Positions 34,307 to 43,484 of a stretch of 64,000 bases of DNA are shown in pieces. Both the position numbers and the translations under genes were made by a program. The DNA is taken from positions 53,948 through 117,947 of the forward strand of contig JAZQOF010000004.1 in NCBI GenBank assembly GCA_045627785.1, read 5' to 3'. Each line of letters starts with the position of its first letter. Position 1 is the stretch's first letter. The notes beneath the pieces were generated by a model. The model made no database searches. It was not told the origin of the DNA and saw nothing but the letters and a program-made list of their open reading frames with translations. Origin of the DNA: Bacteroidales bacterium. Lineage in GTDB: Bacteria > Bacteroidota > Bacteroidia > Bacteroidales > UBA3663.

Positions 34307-35839
34307 TTAGTAAGCTATCTTATATATGACTGAGAATTGAACTCCGTTGTTGTTACCAAGGATCTGTCCGTTATCGAGTCCGTAAGAAAGTTTCAGATTC
34401 ATACCATCTAACCATTTCCTGCAATCGTATTGGAATTCTGTAAGCAGACTGAAGTTCTTGCGATGTTCGTCATAAGGATAACGATATGTGCCAAGACCTT
34501 TCTGCCATGTTGCTAAAATTCGATAAGACAGGTCTTCACAGATATTTCCGTCCAACCCGAAATGCCAAGCGTAGAAACGATTGTTCTTTATCCATAGGTC
34601 ACCATCTTCATTGTTGATAGGAGATAGGTACAAAGGGTTTCCTATAACTTGACCGTAATATTGCCAACCTGGATAGTATTCGTGATTGTAATAGTTGTCT
34701 TGTCCTCCTATCTGATCATAGATTGTTTCACTATGGTCATGATAAACAGGTCCGCTTTGGAAACGAGTGTTTATGAATTCAGCAACAAAATTCCTGATGT
34801 AGTTTTGGTTTTTGAAATTGAGCTCGAGTCCTATTAATCCATCTTTTACAGGATAAACATAGTATTTACTATCTCTTTTTTCCCAATCTCCGTCTTTTCC
34901 ATATCCATATCTGCCAAGATGGTAGAATGCAGAGTGGTCGTCAAAGAAATGTTCTCCGTATATACTTATATTTACTGGATCAAATTTGTAGGTGAATCTT
35001 GCCAACCAGCTTCCTAGATGATTTCCTTCGGAATTTATATAACCTATTTCATCTTCTCTGAAATCACTTCCTCCAGGAATGAAGGCATGCCAGAATCCTT
35101 TTATTCCGCTTTCGCCTTTGAAACTATAGAATTTTCCTTCTCCGTCAAACCAATTTACATCGCCACCGAATATAGCAGCCATTTCCAATCCAAGTTCAAC
35201 GCTGAAAGGCTTTTCATCTTTTCCAATTTTCAGGTAACCTGCCTTATTGTGATACAAAGCAGATTCTGTCCATTTATTTTGCTGGTTGGTAAAATCTTTT
35301 TGCCAAGAACCATCAGTCATAAGACCATAAGCGATGAATCCTTTTAATGAGAGCCATTTGTTTAATCCAGGAATCGGCCAATATTCTTCAAGACCTATTC
35401 TCACTTGTGGAATAGGATGTGCATTGATACCTAAAGTCTGTGAACCAGATGAGAGTGTCTGATTCTTCAATTCCATTTTTTGCTGTTTGCTACCAATAGT
35501 CAAAGTTCCTCTTTTGTATCTTCCTTCAAAATACAGTTGTTGAAGAAAAACAGGAGAACTATAATTGTATGCAGCAACAAGATCCAATCCATAGCCGATG
35601 CCCCATTTCTTCTGGTCATCGTTCTTGATATCTCTCTTTATGGCAGCTCTCAGATAGCCGTTCGATCCTTTTATTGAACTAAGACCATATTTGTTGGCAT
35701 TCAGCCACAGTGGTGTTTTGCCGTTGCTGGCAGATATCTGCATTTCGTATTCAGTCTCTATTCCTTCGAATATAGACTTGTTTTGTGCCGATATAATCGT
35801 CGCAGAAAGAATAATGTATAAAAAGAATAGTTTACGCAC
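34307..35839 (-). CDS. Outer-membrane beta-barrel protein, capsule-assembly Wzi-like (tentative)
   Basis: Signal peptide, an N-terminal block TPLWLNANKYGLSS, alternating aromatic/Gly-rich strands and a C-terminal aromatic residue (..YKIAY). Confidence 0.45.
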   Translation of the reverse strand: MRKLFFLYIILSATIISAQNKSIFEGIETEYEMQISASNGKTPLWLNANKYGLSSIKGSNGYLRAAIKRDIKNDDQKKWGIGYGLDLVAAYNYSSPVFLQQLYFEGRYKRGTLTIGSKQQKMELKNQTLSSGSQTLGINAHPIPQVRIGLEEYWPIPGLNKWLSLKGFIAYGLMTDGSWQKDFTNQQNKWTESALYHNKAGYLKIGKDEKPFSVELGLEMAAIFGGDVNWFDGEGKFYSFKGESGIKGFWHAFIPGGSDFREDEIGYINSEGNHLGSWLARFTYKFDPVNISIYGEHFFDDHSAFYHLGRYGYGKDGDWEKRDSKYYVYPVKDGLIGLELNFKNQNYIRNFVAEFINTRFQSGPVYHDHSETIYDQIGGQDNYYNHEYYPGWQYYGQVIGNPLYLSPINNEDGDLWIKNNRFYAWHFGLDGNICEDLSYRILATWQKGLGTYRYPYDEHRKNFSLLTEFQYDCRKWLDGMNLKLSYGLDNGQILGNNNGVQFSVIYKIAY

Positions 35840-36671
35840 CTTCTATTATTGGATAATTGTTTTCTACATGACCGATAGGACAATCAAAATACATAGGAAT
35901 ATTGTAAGGACCTATCATGTCGCGCATAGTATCATATAAATTCTTTGGCATTTCAGGGTCTTCGTCGCATCCTGTGAACTGACCTATTATGATGCCTTTT
36001 ATTTTGTCAAAGATGTTTCCCAATCGCAATTGGTTCATCATTCTGTCAACCTTGTATGGAGATTCCTGTATGTCTTCGATAAATAGTATTTTATCTTGAT
36101 AGTCAAAATCATATTCAGTGCCATGTAATCCTGAAAGAACAGCAAGATTTCCACCAATTATCGGAAAAGTAAAATCTGCATCTATTATTGCACCAAACTG
36201 GGAGTTGAACGGTATGTTATATAAAGCGTTTTTATCATCGTCCATAGCATCAAGTATTTCCTTGATTGCTAATGATGTCGGATCTGTCGGCTTTTCTCCC
36301 AAGTGTTTCATCATGTGACAATGAACGCTTCGTATACCTGCTTTTTGCCAAAGTGCATGAAGTGCAGTTATGTCGCTATATCCGAAAACAGGTTTGTTTG
36401 ATTCTTTTATCAAATCCAAGGGAATCTTGTCAAGAATCTGCATACATCCGTATCCGCCTCTTGACGCGTATATGACATCTACATCAGGATCTTTCAATGC
36501 TTCAATGATATCATTTGCGCGATCTTCAGCTGTACCTGCAAATCTGCCGTACTTATCTTTCGCATGCTTTGATAAAGTAACATTGTGTCCCCAGGAACAT
36601 AATGTTTCAACACCTTTATCAATTACTTCAGGAGCACAATGTCCGGCAGGTGAGATTATTCTTATTTTCAT
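35832..36671 (-). CDS. ldcA: LD-carboxypeptidase (muramoyltetrapeptide carboxypeptidase, peptidase S66)
   Basis: Nucleophile motif VFGYSDITAL, a C-terminal FDCPIGHV catalytic His region, and length of 279 aa. Confidence 0.8.
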   Translation of the reverse strand: MKIRIISPAGHCAPEVIDKGVETLCSWGHNVTLSKHAKDKYGRFAGTAEDRANDIIEALKDPDVDVIYASRGGYGCMQILDKIPLDLIKESNKPVFGYSDITALHALWQKAGIRSVHCHMMKHLGEKPTDPTSLAIKEILDAMDDDKNALYNIPFNSQFGAIIDADFTFPIIGGNLAVLSGLHGTEYDFDYQDKILFIEDIQESPYKVDRMMNQLRLGNIFDKIKGIIIGQFTGCDEDPEMPKNLYDTMRDMIGPYNIPMYFDCPIGHVENNYPIIEGA

Positions 36672-36713
36672 ATGAACTTTCTGTAATAAGAATCATCGTA
36701 TCTTAATAGAATA

Positions 36714-37859
36714 TTACAATCTGGTTGTAACGGCACGAAGCATTTCGTCTTTCCAAGGCTTGAAATCTCCTGCGAGAATATGTTGTCTTGCCTCGCCAAC
36801 AAGCCACAGGTAGAATGCAAGATTGTGAATAGATGCAATCTGAAGTGCTAAGAATTCCTGCGCATGGAAAAGATGACGCAGATATGCTTTGCTGTAGATT
36901 CTATCAACCTCACAAGGTCCGTCTTCCAGTATTGGAGAAAAGTCGTTTGCCCATTTTGCATTTTTCATATTCATAATACCATGCTTTGTAAAGAGCATAC
37001 CATTTCGTCCATTGCGAGTAGGCATAACGCAGTCGAACATATCTACACCTCGTTCTATTGCTTCAAGGATATTTGCAGGTGTACCTACACCCATAAGATA
37101 ACGAGGTCGTGTTGTTGGAAGAATCTCATTAACGACTTCGATCATCTCGTACATTTTCTCTGTAGGTTCTCCGACCGCAAGTCCACCGATAGCGTTACCT
37201 TCTACATCCATAGCAGCAATCTTTTCAGCAGCGCGACGACGAAGATCTGGGAATGTGCAACCTTGAACGATAGGGAAGAGGCTTTGGTGATATCCATAAA
37301 GTCCGTTTCCGTTTTCGTCTTCTGTTTCCTTATAGCGTTTGAAACAACGATCAAGCCATCTTTCTGTTAAACCAAGCGATTTTTCTGCATATTTGTAATC
37401 AGAATCACCAGGAGGACACTCATCGAAAGCCATCATGATATCTGCTCCAATAACTCTTTCGATATCCATCACACGCTCTGGTGTAAATAAATGCTTGGAC
37501 CCATCTATATGACTACGGAAAGTGCAGCCTTCTTCTGAAATCTTTCTGTTGTCTGCTAAAGAGAATACCTGAAAACCTCCAGAATCGGTTAGGATAGGAC
37601 GATCCCAAGTATTAAATTTATGAAGTCCTCCCGCTTGCTGGAGAATATCAAGACCTGGGCGCAGATAGAGATGATATGTGTTGCCGAGAATAATCTGAGC
37701 CTTTACTTCTTCTTTCAGTTCGTGAAAATGGAGACATTTTACACTGCCTACAGTTCCCACAGGCATGAATATAGGAGTTTGTATTTTACCGTGATCAGTA
37801 GTAATTTCTCCGGCTCTTGCCCAGCTGTTTTTATCTGTTGCTTGTAATTCGAAAGTCAT
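36714..37859 (-). CDS. tgt: tRNA-guanine transglycosylase (queuine tRNA-ribosyltransferase)
   Basis: Near-canonical Tgt sequence (TDSGGFQVFSL, MAFDEC, GLAVGE, Zn site CxC..C..H region). Confidence 0.95.
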   Translation of the reverse strand: MTFELQATDKNSWARAGEITTDHGKIQTPIFMPVGTVGSVKCLHFHELKEEVKAQIILGNTYHLYLRPGLDILQQAGGLHKFNTWDRPILTDSGGFQVFSLADNRKISEEGCTFRSHIDGSKHLFTPERVMDIERVIGADIMMAFDECPPGDSDYKYAEKSLGLTERWLDRCFKRYKETEDENGNGLYGYHQSLFPIVQGCTFPDLRRRAAEKIAAMDVEGNAIGGLAVGEPTEKMYEMIEVVNEILPTTRPRYLMGVGTPANILEAIERGVDMFDCVMPTRNGRNGMLFTKHGIMNMKNAKWANDFSPILEDGPCEVDRIYSKAYLRHLFHAQEFLALQIASIHNLAFYLWLVGEARQHILAGDFKPWKDEMLRAVTTRL

Positions 37860-38500
37860 TTTCTGTTTGCAGTTTTTCTGTTAGCGTCAATTACCTTCTT
37901 GATATAATACACAAAACATATCATTACAATAATGATGATTCCAATCTTCACGTATCCGCTATATTCCTGAACTTTTGCTATCAAAACTTCTTCAGGCATA
38001 GATTTGCCTAATATTGCTCCGAGTCCAGCAAGAACTGCATTCCAAACAGCAGCTCCAAGTGTTGTAAAGAAGATGAATGTTGACATCTTTAACTTCGAGA
38101 GTCCTGCAGGAATTGAAATCAATTGACGAATAACAGGAATCAAGCGACCGATAAATGTTCCTATTGCTCCATGATCTGCAAAATATTTTTCAGACTTCTC
38201 AACACCATCGCGATCGATGAGAAGCATATGAGAAATATTTGTGTCAGCAAACTTGTATATTATAGGTCGACCTAACCAATATGCTAAAAAGTAGTTTACT
38301 AATGCACCAATGACTGCACCGATTGTGCCAAACAAGATGATGAGAGGAATGCTCATCGTACCTTGGTTGATTGCAATATATGCAGCAGGGATAATAACTA
38401 CTTCTGAAGGAAATGGGATAAAGGAACTCTCAATTGCCATAAAAAGAGTCACAACCCAATAGTTCATATTATCAGCAATCCAAATATATAATTCTTCCAT
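37856..38500 (-). CDS. DedA-family membrane protein
   Basis: DedA/SNARE-associated signature (ESSFIPFPSEVVIIPAGY-like, GRLIPVIRQLISIPAG). Confidence 0.8.
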   Translation of the reverse strand: MEELYIWIADNMNYWVVTLFMAIESSFIPFPSEVVIIPAAYIAINQGTMSIPLIILFGTIGAVIGALVNYFLAYWLGRPIIYKFADTNISHMLLIDRDGVEKSEKYFADHGAIGTFIGRLIPVIRQLISIPAGLSKLKMSTFIFFTTLGAAVWNAVLAGLGAILGKSMPEEVLIAKVQEYSGYVKIGIIIIVMICFVYYIKKVIDANRKTANRK

Positions 38501-38502
38501 AT

Positions 38503-39828
38503 TTATAATTTCTCTATTTCTTTAACTGCTTCATAGTCGCCAATACTCAGGAAATATTCTTTCATCAGTACTATTGTGTTTTTTTCTGTTGGTTTCATTG
38601 ACAATAGTTTCCTGAATTCTGTATCAGCTACATCGTATTTCTTTATTCCCAGAGCAAGTTCTGCTTTTGCTAAAACAAAATTCTTAGAACTCGGCTTTAT
38701 TTTTATAAGTTTGTCAAGAATGTCCAAAGCTTCATCAAAATGATGCATTGTCGATAGGATGGAAGCTTTTAGTGACAGATAAGAAGTGTTTCTTTTCTTG
38801 ATTTTTATGGCGGCGTTAATTATTTCCAGAGCCTTAGGTAAATCTCCTTTGTCCAAAAGTAATTGAGTATACTCGAACATAACCTCATGGTTGTCTGGCA
38901 TCCTTTTTATAAGTTTTTCATAACATTCTATTGCTTTGTCTGTCTCATCTATTCTGGCATAGCATTGAGCAAGCAAATCGTATGTCATGGAAATCTGCGC
39001 CTGAATCTCCTGAGGCGAAATTGCTATTTCTTCGTGAACAAGCTCTCCTTCAAAGAATTTTTTGCAAATTTCGAGTGATTTTATTGCTTCATCATAGTTA
39101 AGTCTTTCTGCAATCAGAATAAAACCTCTAACAAAATGTAATAGTGGATTTGTCGGATCTATGGCAATACCAAATTCGCAAGCCTCTTCACATTTGTCGA
39201 TAAGCTTTAATTCAAATGTACATCTTGCAAGATCTTGCCAAGTATAAATATCGTATGCATCGATATCCAAAGATCTCTCAAGAACGACGATTGCATTCTC
39301 AAATTCGTTAAGATCCATATACATAGCACCAACTCGAGCAAGAGCTTCAGGGTTGTCATCTATGTATTTTGCTGCGGCTTGTAATGCCCGAAATTTTCCG
39401 AAAGAAGATATTTCCTTCCACATCTCGTCAATATTATTTACGAAGTCTATTGATGAGATTTCTTTTCGATGAAGCCTAGCTGCTAATCGTCTTATAGCAC
39501 TCAAATCTTTTCCATCAACAACATCAAATGCGAATTTTAATGTTTCAGTTGATTCCGTTCCATCGTTTATATATGGTTCAAAAAGACTTTTAGCTTCATC
39601 AACATGAAGGGTATGTATAAGTAGTAATACTTTCAGTTTTACAAGATCTTCGTTGTTCGGATGTTGTTTGAGACCTTGATTTATTACATCTATTGCTTCG
39701 AGCATGTTGAAATCATCGAGCAAATCATAAACGATCTGCTCGATTTCATCACTTTCGAAATAAGGAAAAACGTTTCGGGATTGTTCTGCCTTATATCTGT
39801 AATAAGCATCTGATTTTTTTGAACCCAT
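38503..39828 (-). CDS. Tetratricopeptide-repeat protein (cytoplasmic, function unknown)
   Basis: 441 aa of repeated 34-aa TPR-like units (A..Y/F..AL...P). Confidence 0.6.
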   Translation of the reverse strand: MGSKKSDAYYRYKAEQSRNVFPYFESDEIEQIVYDLLDDFNMLEAIDVINQGLKQHPNNEDLVKLKVLLLIHTLHVDEAKSLFEPYINDGTESTETLKFAFDVVDGKDLSAIRRLAARLHRKEISSIDFVNNIDEMWKEISSFGKFRALQAAAKYIDDNPEALARVGAMYMDLNEFENAIVVLERSLDIDAYDIYTWQDLARCTFELKLIDKCEEACEFGIAIDPTNPLLHFVRGFILIAERLNYDEAIKSLEICKKFFEGELVHEEIAISPQEIQAQISMTYDLLAQCYARIDETDKAIECYEKLIKRMPDNHEVMFEYTQLLLDKGDLPKALEIINAAIKIKKRNTSYLSLKASILSTMHHFDEALDILDKLIKIKPSSKNFVLAKAELALGIKKYDVADTEFRKLLSMKPTEKNTIVLMKEYFLSIGDYEAVKEIEKL

Positions 39829-39837
39829 TTATCTCGA

Positions 39838-41598
39838 TTACTTTGAGTCTTTCAAAGTCACAGTACGGTTAAACACAAGATGTTCTGGTGTTGAGTCGTA
39901 GTCAACTGTATAGTAACCAATACGCTGGAACTGTAGATAGTCGAGAGGCTTACGAGTAGCACACCACTTTTCGACATAAGCGGTCTTAACTTCGAGAGAA
40001 TTAGGATTGAGGTATGGACGCATTGCCTCAATGCCACGAAGATCACCATTCTCCTTTGAGTAGTTGGCAACCTCATCACGAGGATTCTCAACAAGCCAGA
40101 GACGATCATAGTTACGAATCTCTGCCTCGATACAATGGTTGCAAGATACCCAGTGGATAGTCTTGCCTTTGATCTTCATATTAGCATTCTCCTGACCTGT
40201 CTTTGTATCTGGGATAAGCTCTGCATAGATCTCAACGATATTCCCGTTCTCATCCTTCTTGCAGCAGTTTTCTTCCGGACAACGGATAATGTATGAGTTT
40301 TTCAAACGAACTTCCTTACCAGGGCCGAGACGGAAGAACTTCTTAGGAGCATCCTCCATGAAATCTTCGCGTTCAATCCATAGCTCTCGACTGAACTCAA
40401 TCTGGTGAGTGTTTCCTTCCATTATAACGTTGCCCTCAGCATCCTTGAGCTCAGGATTGTTTACTGCCTCATACACTTCAACCTCGCCCTCTGGGAAGTT
40501 TGTGATTATGAGCTTAACTGGGTCGATGACTGCACTTACACGCAAAGAACGCTTGTTAAGGTCATCACGAACAGCACTCTCAAAGAGTGACATCTGATTC
40601 AAAGCATCAAATGTAGTATAACCAATCTTATCGATGAAAGAGAGGATACCTTCTGGCGAATAACCACGACGACGATAACCGCAAATCGTCGGCATACGTG
40701 GATCGTCCCAACCATTTACTACACCTTCCTTAACCAAAACGAGAAGATTACGCTTTGAAAGAAGGATATGAGTAAGGTTCAGCTTATTGAACTCAGTCTG
40801 ACGAGGACGATTGTCATCCAAAGGCTTATCGTCACCTGCGACTTGCTTTGCCCAATCGACAAAGAGATCGTAAAGTGGACGGTGAGGCACAAATTCGAGA
40901 GTGCAGAGTGAGTGAGTTACACCTTCCCAATAATCGCACTGACCATGAGTATAGTCGTACATCGGATAAGCATTCCACTTGTTACCTGTACGCCAATGAG
41001 GGATATTAAGCACGCGATACATGATTGGATCGCGGAAGTGCATATTATCTGAAGCCATATCGATCTTAGCACGAAGGACCATCTTACCAGGCTCAACGTT
41101 ACCAGAGTTCATCTCTTCAAATAACTTCAAGCTCTCTTCAATAGGACGATTGCGGTAAGGCGATTCTGTACCTGGCTGAGTTGGAGTACCCTTCTGTGCA
41201 GCAATCTGCTCAGAAGTCTGTTCGTCAACATAAGCCTTGCCTTCCTTGATAAGAGCTACTGCAAGATCCCAGAGCTGCTGGAAATAATCGGAAGCATAAA
41301 GGATTTTGCCCCACTTAAATCCGAGCCACTCAATATCACGCTTGATTGCCTCAACGTATTCTGTATCTTCCTTCTGTGGATTTGTGTCGTCCATTCGGAG
41401 ATTACAAACACCTCCATACTGTTTTGCGATACCAAAGTCAAGAGCAATAGCTTTTGCATGACCGATGTGAAGATAACCATTTGGTTCTGGCGGGAAACGT
41501 GTCTGTACTCGCTTTCCGTTCTTACCTGCTTCAAGATCTGCATCGATTTTTGCCTCGATGAAATTCTTACTTTTCTTCTCGATTGTAGATTCTGCCAT
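39838..41598 (-). CDS. glnS: Glutamine--tRNA ligase
   Basis: Class I HIGH motif (FPPEPNGYLHIGHAKAI), a KMSKS-like VLSKR variant (LLSKRNL) and a GlnRS-type C-terminal beta-barrel region. Confidence 0.9.
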   Translation of the reverse strand: MAESTIEKKSKNFIEAKIDADLEAGKNGKRVQTRFPPEPNGYLHIGHAKAIALDFGIAKQYGGVCNLRMDDTNPQKEDTEYVEAIKRDIEWLGFKWGKILYASDYFQQLWDLAVALIKEGKAYVDEQTSEQIAAQKGTPTQPGTESPYRNRPIEESLKLFEEMNSGNVEPGKMVLRAKIDMASDNMHFRDPIMYRVLNIPHWRTGNKWNAYPMYDYTHGQCDYWEGVTHSLCTLEFVPHRPLYDLFVDWAKQVAGDDKPLDDNRPRQTEFNKLNLTHILLSKRNLLVLVKEGVVNGWDDPRMPTICGYRRRGYSPEGILSFIDKIGYTTFDALNQMSLFESAVRDDLNKRSLRVSAVIDPVKLIITNFPEGEVEVYEAVNNPELKDAEGNVIMEGNTHQIEFSRELWIEREDFMEDAPKKFFRLGPGKEVRLKNSYIIRCPEENCCKKDENGNIVEIYAELIPDTKTGQENANMKIKGKTIHWVSCNHCIEAEIRNYDRLWLVENPRDEVANYSKENGDLRGIEAMRPYLNPNSLEVKTAYVEKWCATRKPLDYLQFQRIGYYTVDYDSTPEHLVFNRTVTLKDSK

Positions 41599-41643
41599 TG
41601 TTTTATATCTTCTTGTTATTTAATTATCTTTTTTTATTGCGCG

Positions 41644-41651
41644 CAAATTTA
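41644..41651 (-). promoter_or_regulatory. -7 promoter box (TAAATTTG on the minus strand) upstream of glnS
   Basis: Plus-strand CAAATTTA. Lies 45 nt upstream of the glnS ATG. Confidence 0.4.
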
Positions 41652-41771
41652 ATAAATAATGTGTAATATTCAAAATTGCCTTCTGTTTATTCGTCAATCT
41701 TAAAGTATTTTTTGAGTTTAATGATTGTAATGCTTATTATATATTATAATAAACTGATTCCATTTAGAGGT

Positions 41772-43484
41772 TTATTTATTACAAACATCGCATTTCTGGC
41801 ATGTATGATCTATGTCTTCTCCGAAATATTTAAGAAGTTGTACCATTCGGCATTCTTCGTCATTATCGATATAATTTATCATTGCATTGATGCGTTGTTC
41901 CTGTCGGGCTTTTCTGTCTTCATAAATGTAATGAGAAATCCGGATTTCCTCATTTTCAAGTCTTGGTGTCAGATAAATGATTGCAGGAGTTTGCCTTGCT
42001 GGAACATAATGAAGAATATGGTGCTTTGAAAGCAGTAATAATTGCTGATAAAGCTGTTGCTGATCCAAACCTGTCTTTGCCATTATGTCTTCCTCTCTGA
42101 TAAAAACATAGTCAGCAAATACACCAGTATATAAACGTAAGATCGAGTTTATGACTTTTTGAGAATCTTTATCATATTTGTCGAGATGATATAATGATTC
42201 TCGACTACATGTGAACATGAGTCTTGAGTGTCGGTCAGGTTCTTCGTTGTATACAATATAACCTGCTTGTTGCAATAGTTTTAATGCATAATATACTGGA
42301 GAAACAGCCAATTTATATGCCCAGCAAAAACGCATTATGTCGAATTCAAACATTGAGTTATAACCAGCTCCAATTGCTATTTGGAAAAAGTTCGCAAGAC
42401 GTTGATAAACCATTCTGACATATTCTCTTTCAGGATATTCATCAGCTAAATGCTTCATCAGGTTTAGCTTGTCTTTTCTATCTGTCAAGATCCAAGCATC
42501 GGAATGCTGTAAGTCTCTACCTGCTCGTCCTGCTTCTTGGAAATATTCCTCTGGAGAAGAAGGTAGGTCAAGATGTATTACTAGACGAACATTTGGTTTG
42601 TCTATGCCCATACCAAAAGCATTAGTTGCGACAATAATTGGAGTGTTGCCGACCATCCATTGCTCTTGTCTTTCTTCTTTTTCTTTTGCAGATAATCCTG
42701 CATGGTAGAAATTTGCGCTAAAACCTTCTCGTACTAATGTGTCCGCAACCTCTTTTGTTTTCTTCCGGCTTCTAACATAAACAATTGCTGCACCTTCTTT
42801 CAGAAAAGAGAGTAGTTCAAGCATTTTCCCGAGTTTGTCTTCTACTTTCGCAACATGATATATTAAATTCGGTCGTTCAAAGGATGCCTTGTATGTGTTA
42901 GCATCTTTCTTGAATGCAAGTTTGTCTTTTATATCTTCTACAACAATATTTGTTGCTGTCGCTGTAAGAGCCAAACAAGGCGTGTTGGCTGGTAACAACT
43001 GTCGGAAATCCTTTATTCTTAAATATGGTGGACGAAAATCATATCCCCATTGCGAAATACAATGTGCTTCATCTACAACTAATAGACGAACATCCATATA
43101 TTGGAGTTTTGCTTTGAATAGCTGCGTCTCAAGACGTTCAGGAGATAGATACAGAAACTGATATTTCTGAAGTATGACTCTCTCGTAGGTTTCTAATACT
43201 TCCTGATGAGTCATGCCCATGAATACAGATGCTGCTTTGATCCCTTTTTCTGTCAAGTGATCAATCTGATCTTTCATTAATGAGATGAGAGGTGTGATAA
43301 CTATGCAAAGACCACCTAAAGCAATAGCTGGAACTTGAAATGTAATACTTTTTCCTCCTCCTGTAGGTAATAAGCCTAAAGTATCATGTCCAGAAAGAAC
43401 CGAGGCTATGATTTCTTCCTGCAGTGGTCGGAATGAATCATAGCCCCAATATTGTTTTAGTATTTCGTGTATAGATTTATTCAT
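41772..43484 (-). CDS. RecQ-family DEAH-box DNA helicase paralog (no HRDC; zinc-cysteine cluster at the extreme C-terminus)
   Basis: FRPLQEEII, PTGGGKS, VVDEAHCISQWGYDFRP, ALTATAT and QEAGRAGRD. C-terminal CRMVQLLKYFGE...HTCQKCDVCNK. Confidence 0.85.
   Translation of the reverse strand: MNKSIHEILKQYWGYDSFRPLQEEIIASVLSGHDTLGLLPTGGGKSITFQVPAIALGGLCIVITPLISLMKDQIDHLTEKGIKAASVFMGMTHQEVLETYERVILQKYQFLYLSPERLETQLFKAKLQYMDVRLLVVDEAHCISQWGYDFRPPYLRIKDFRQLLPANTPCLALTATATNIVVEDIKDKLAFKKDANTYKASFERPNLIYHVAKVEDKLGKMLELLSFLKEGAAIVYVRSRKKTKEVADTLVREGFSANFYHAGLSAKEKEERQEQWMVGNTPIIVATNAFGMGIDKPNVRLVIHLDLPSSPEEYFQEAGRAGRDLQHSDAWILTDRKDKLNLMKHLADEYPEREYVRMVYQRLANFFQIAIGAGYNSMFEFDIMRFCWAYKLAVSPVYYALKLLQQAGYIVYNEEPDRHSRLMFTCSRESLYHLDKYDKDSQKVINSILRLYTGVFADYVFIREEDIMAKTGLDQQQLYQQLLLLSKHHILHYVPARQTPAIIYLTPRLENEEIRISHYIYEDRKARQEQRINAMINYIDNDEECRMVQLLKYFGEDIDHTCQKCDVCNK

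Noticed and set aside
41676-42029. 117-aa plus-strand ORF in and beyond the glnS/recQ-paralog intergenic region
   Set aside because: It gives a hydrophobic, low-complexity translation of AT-rich DNA. Most of it is antisense to the well-supported C-terminus (zinc-cluster region) of the RecQ paralog.
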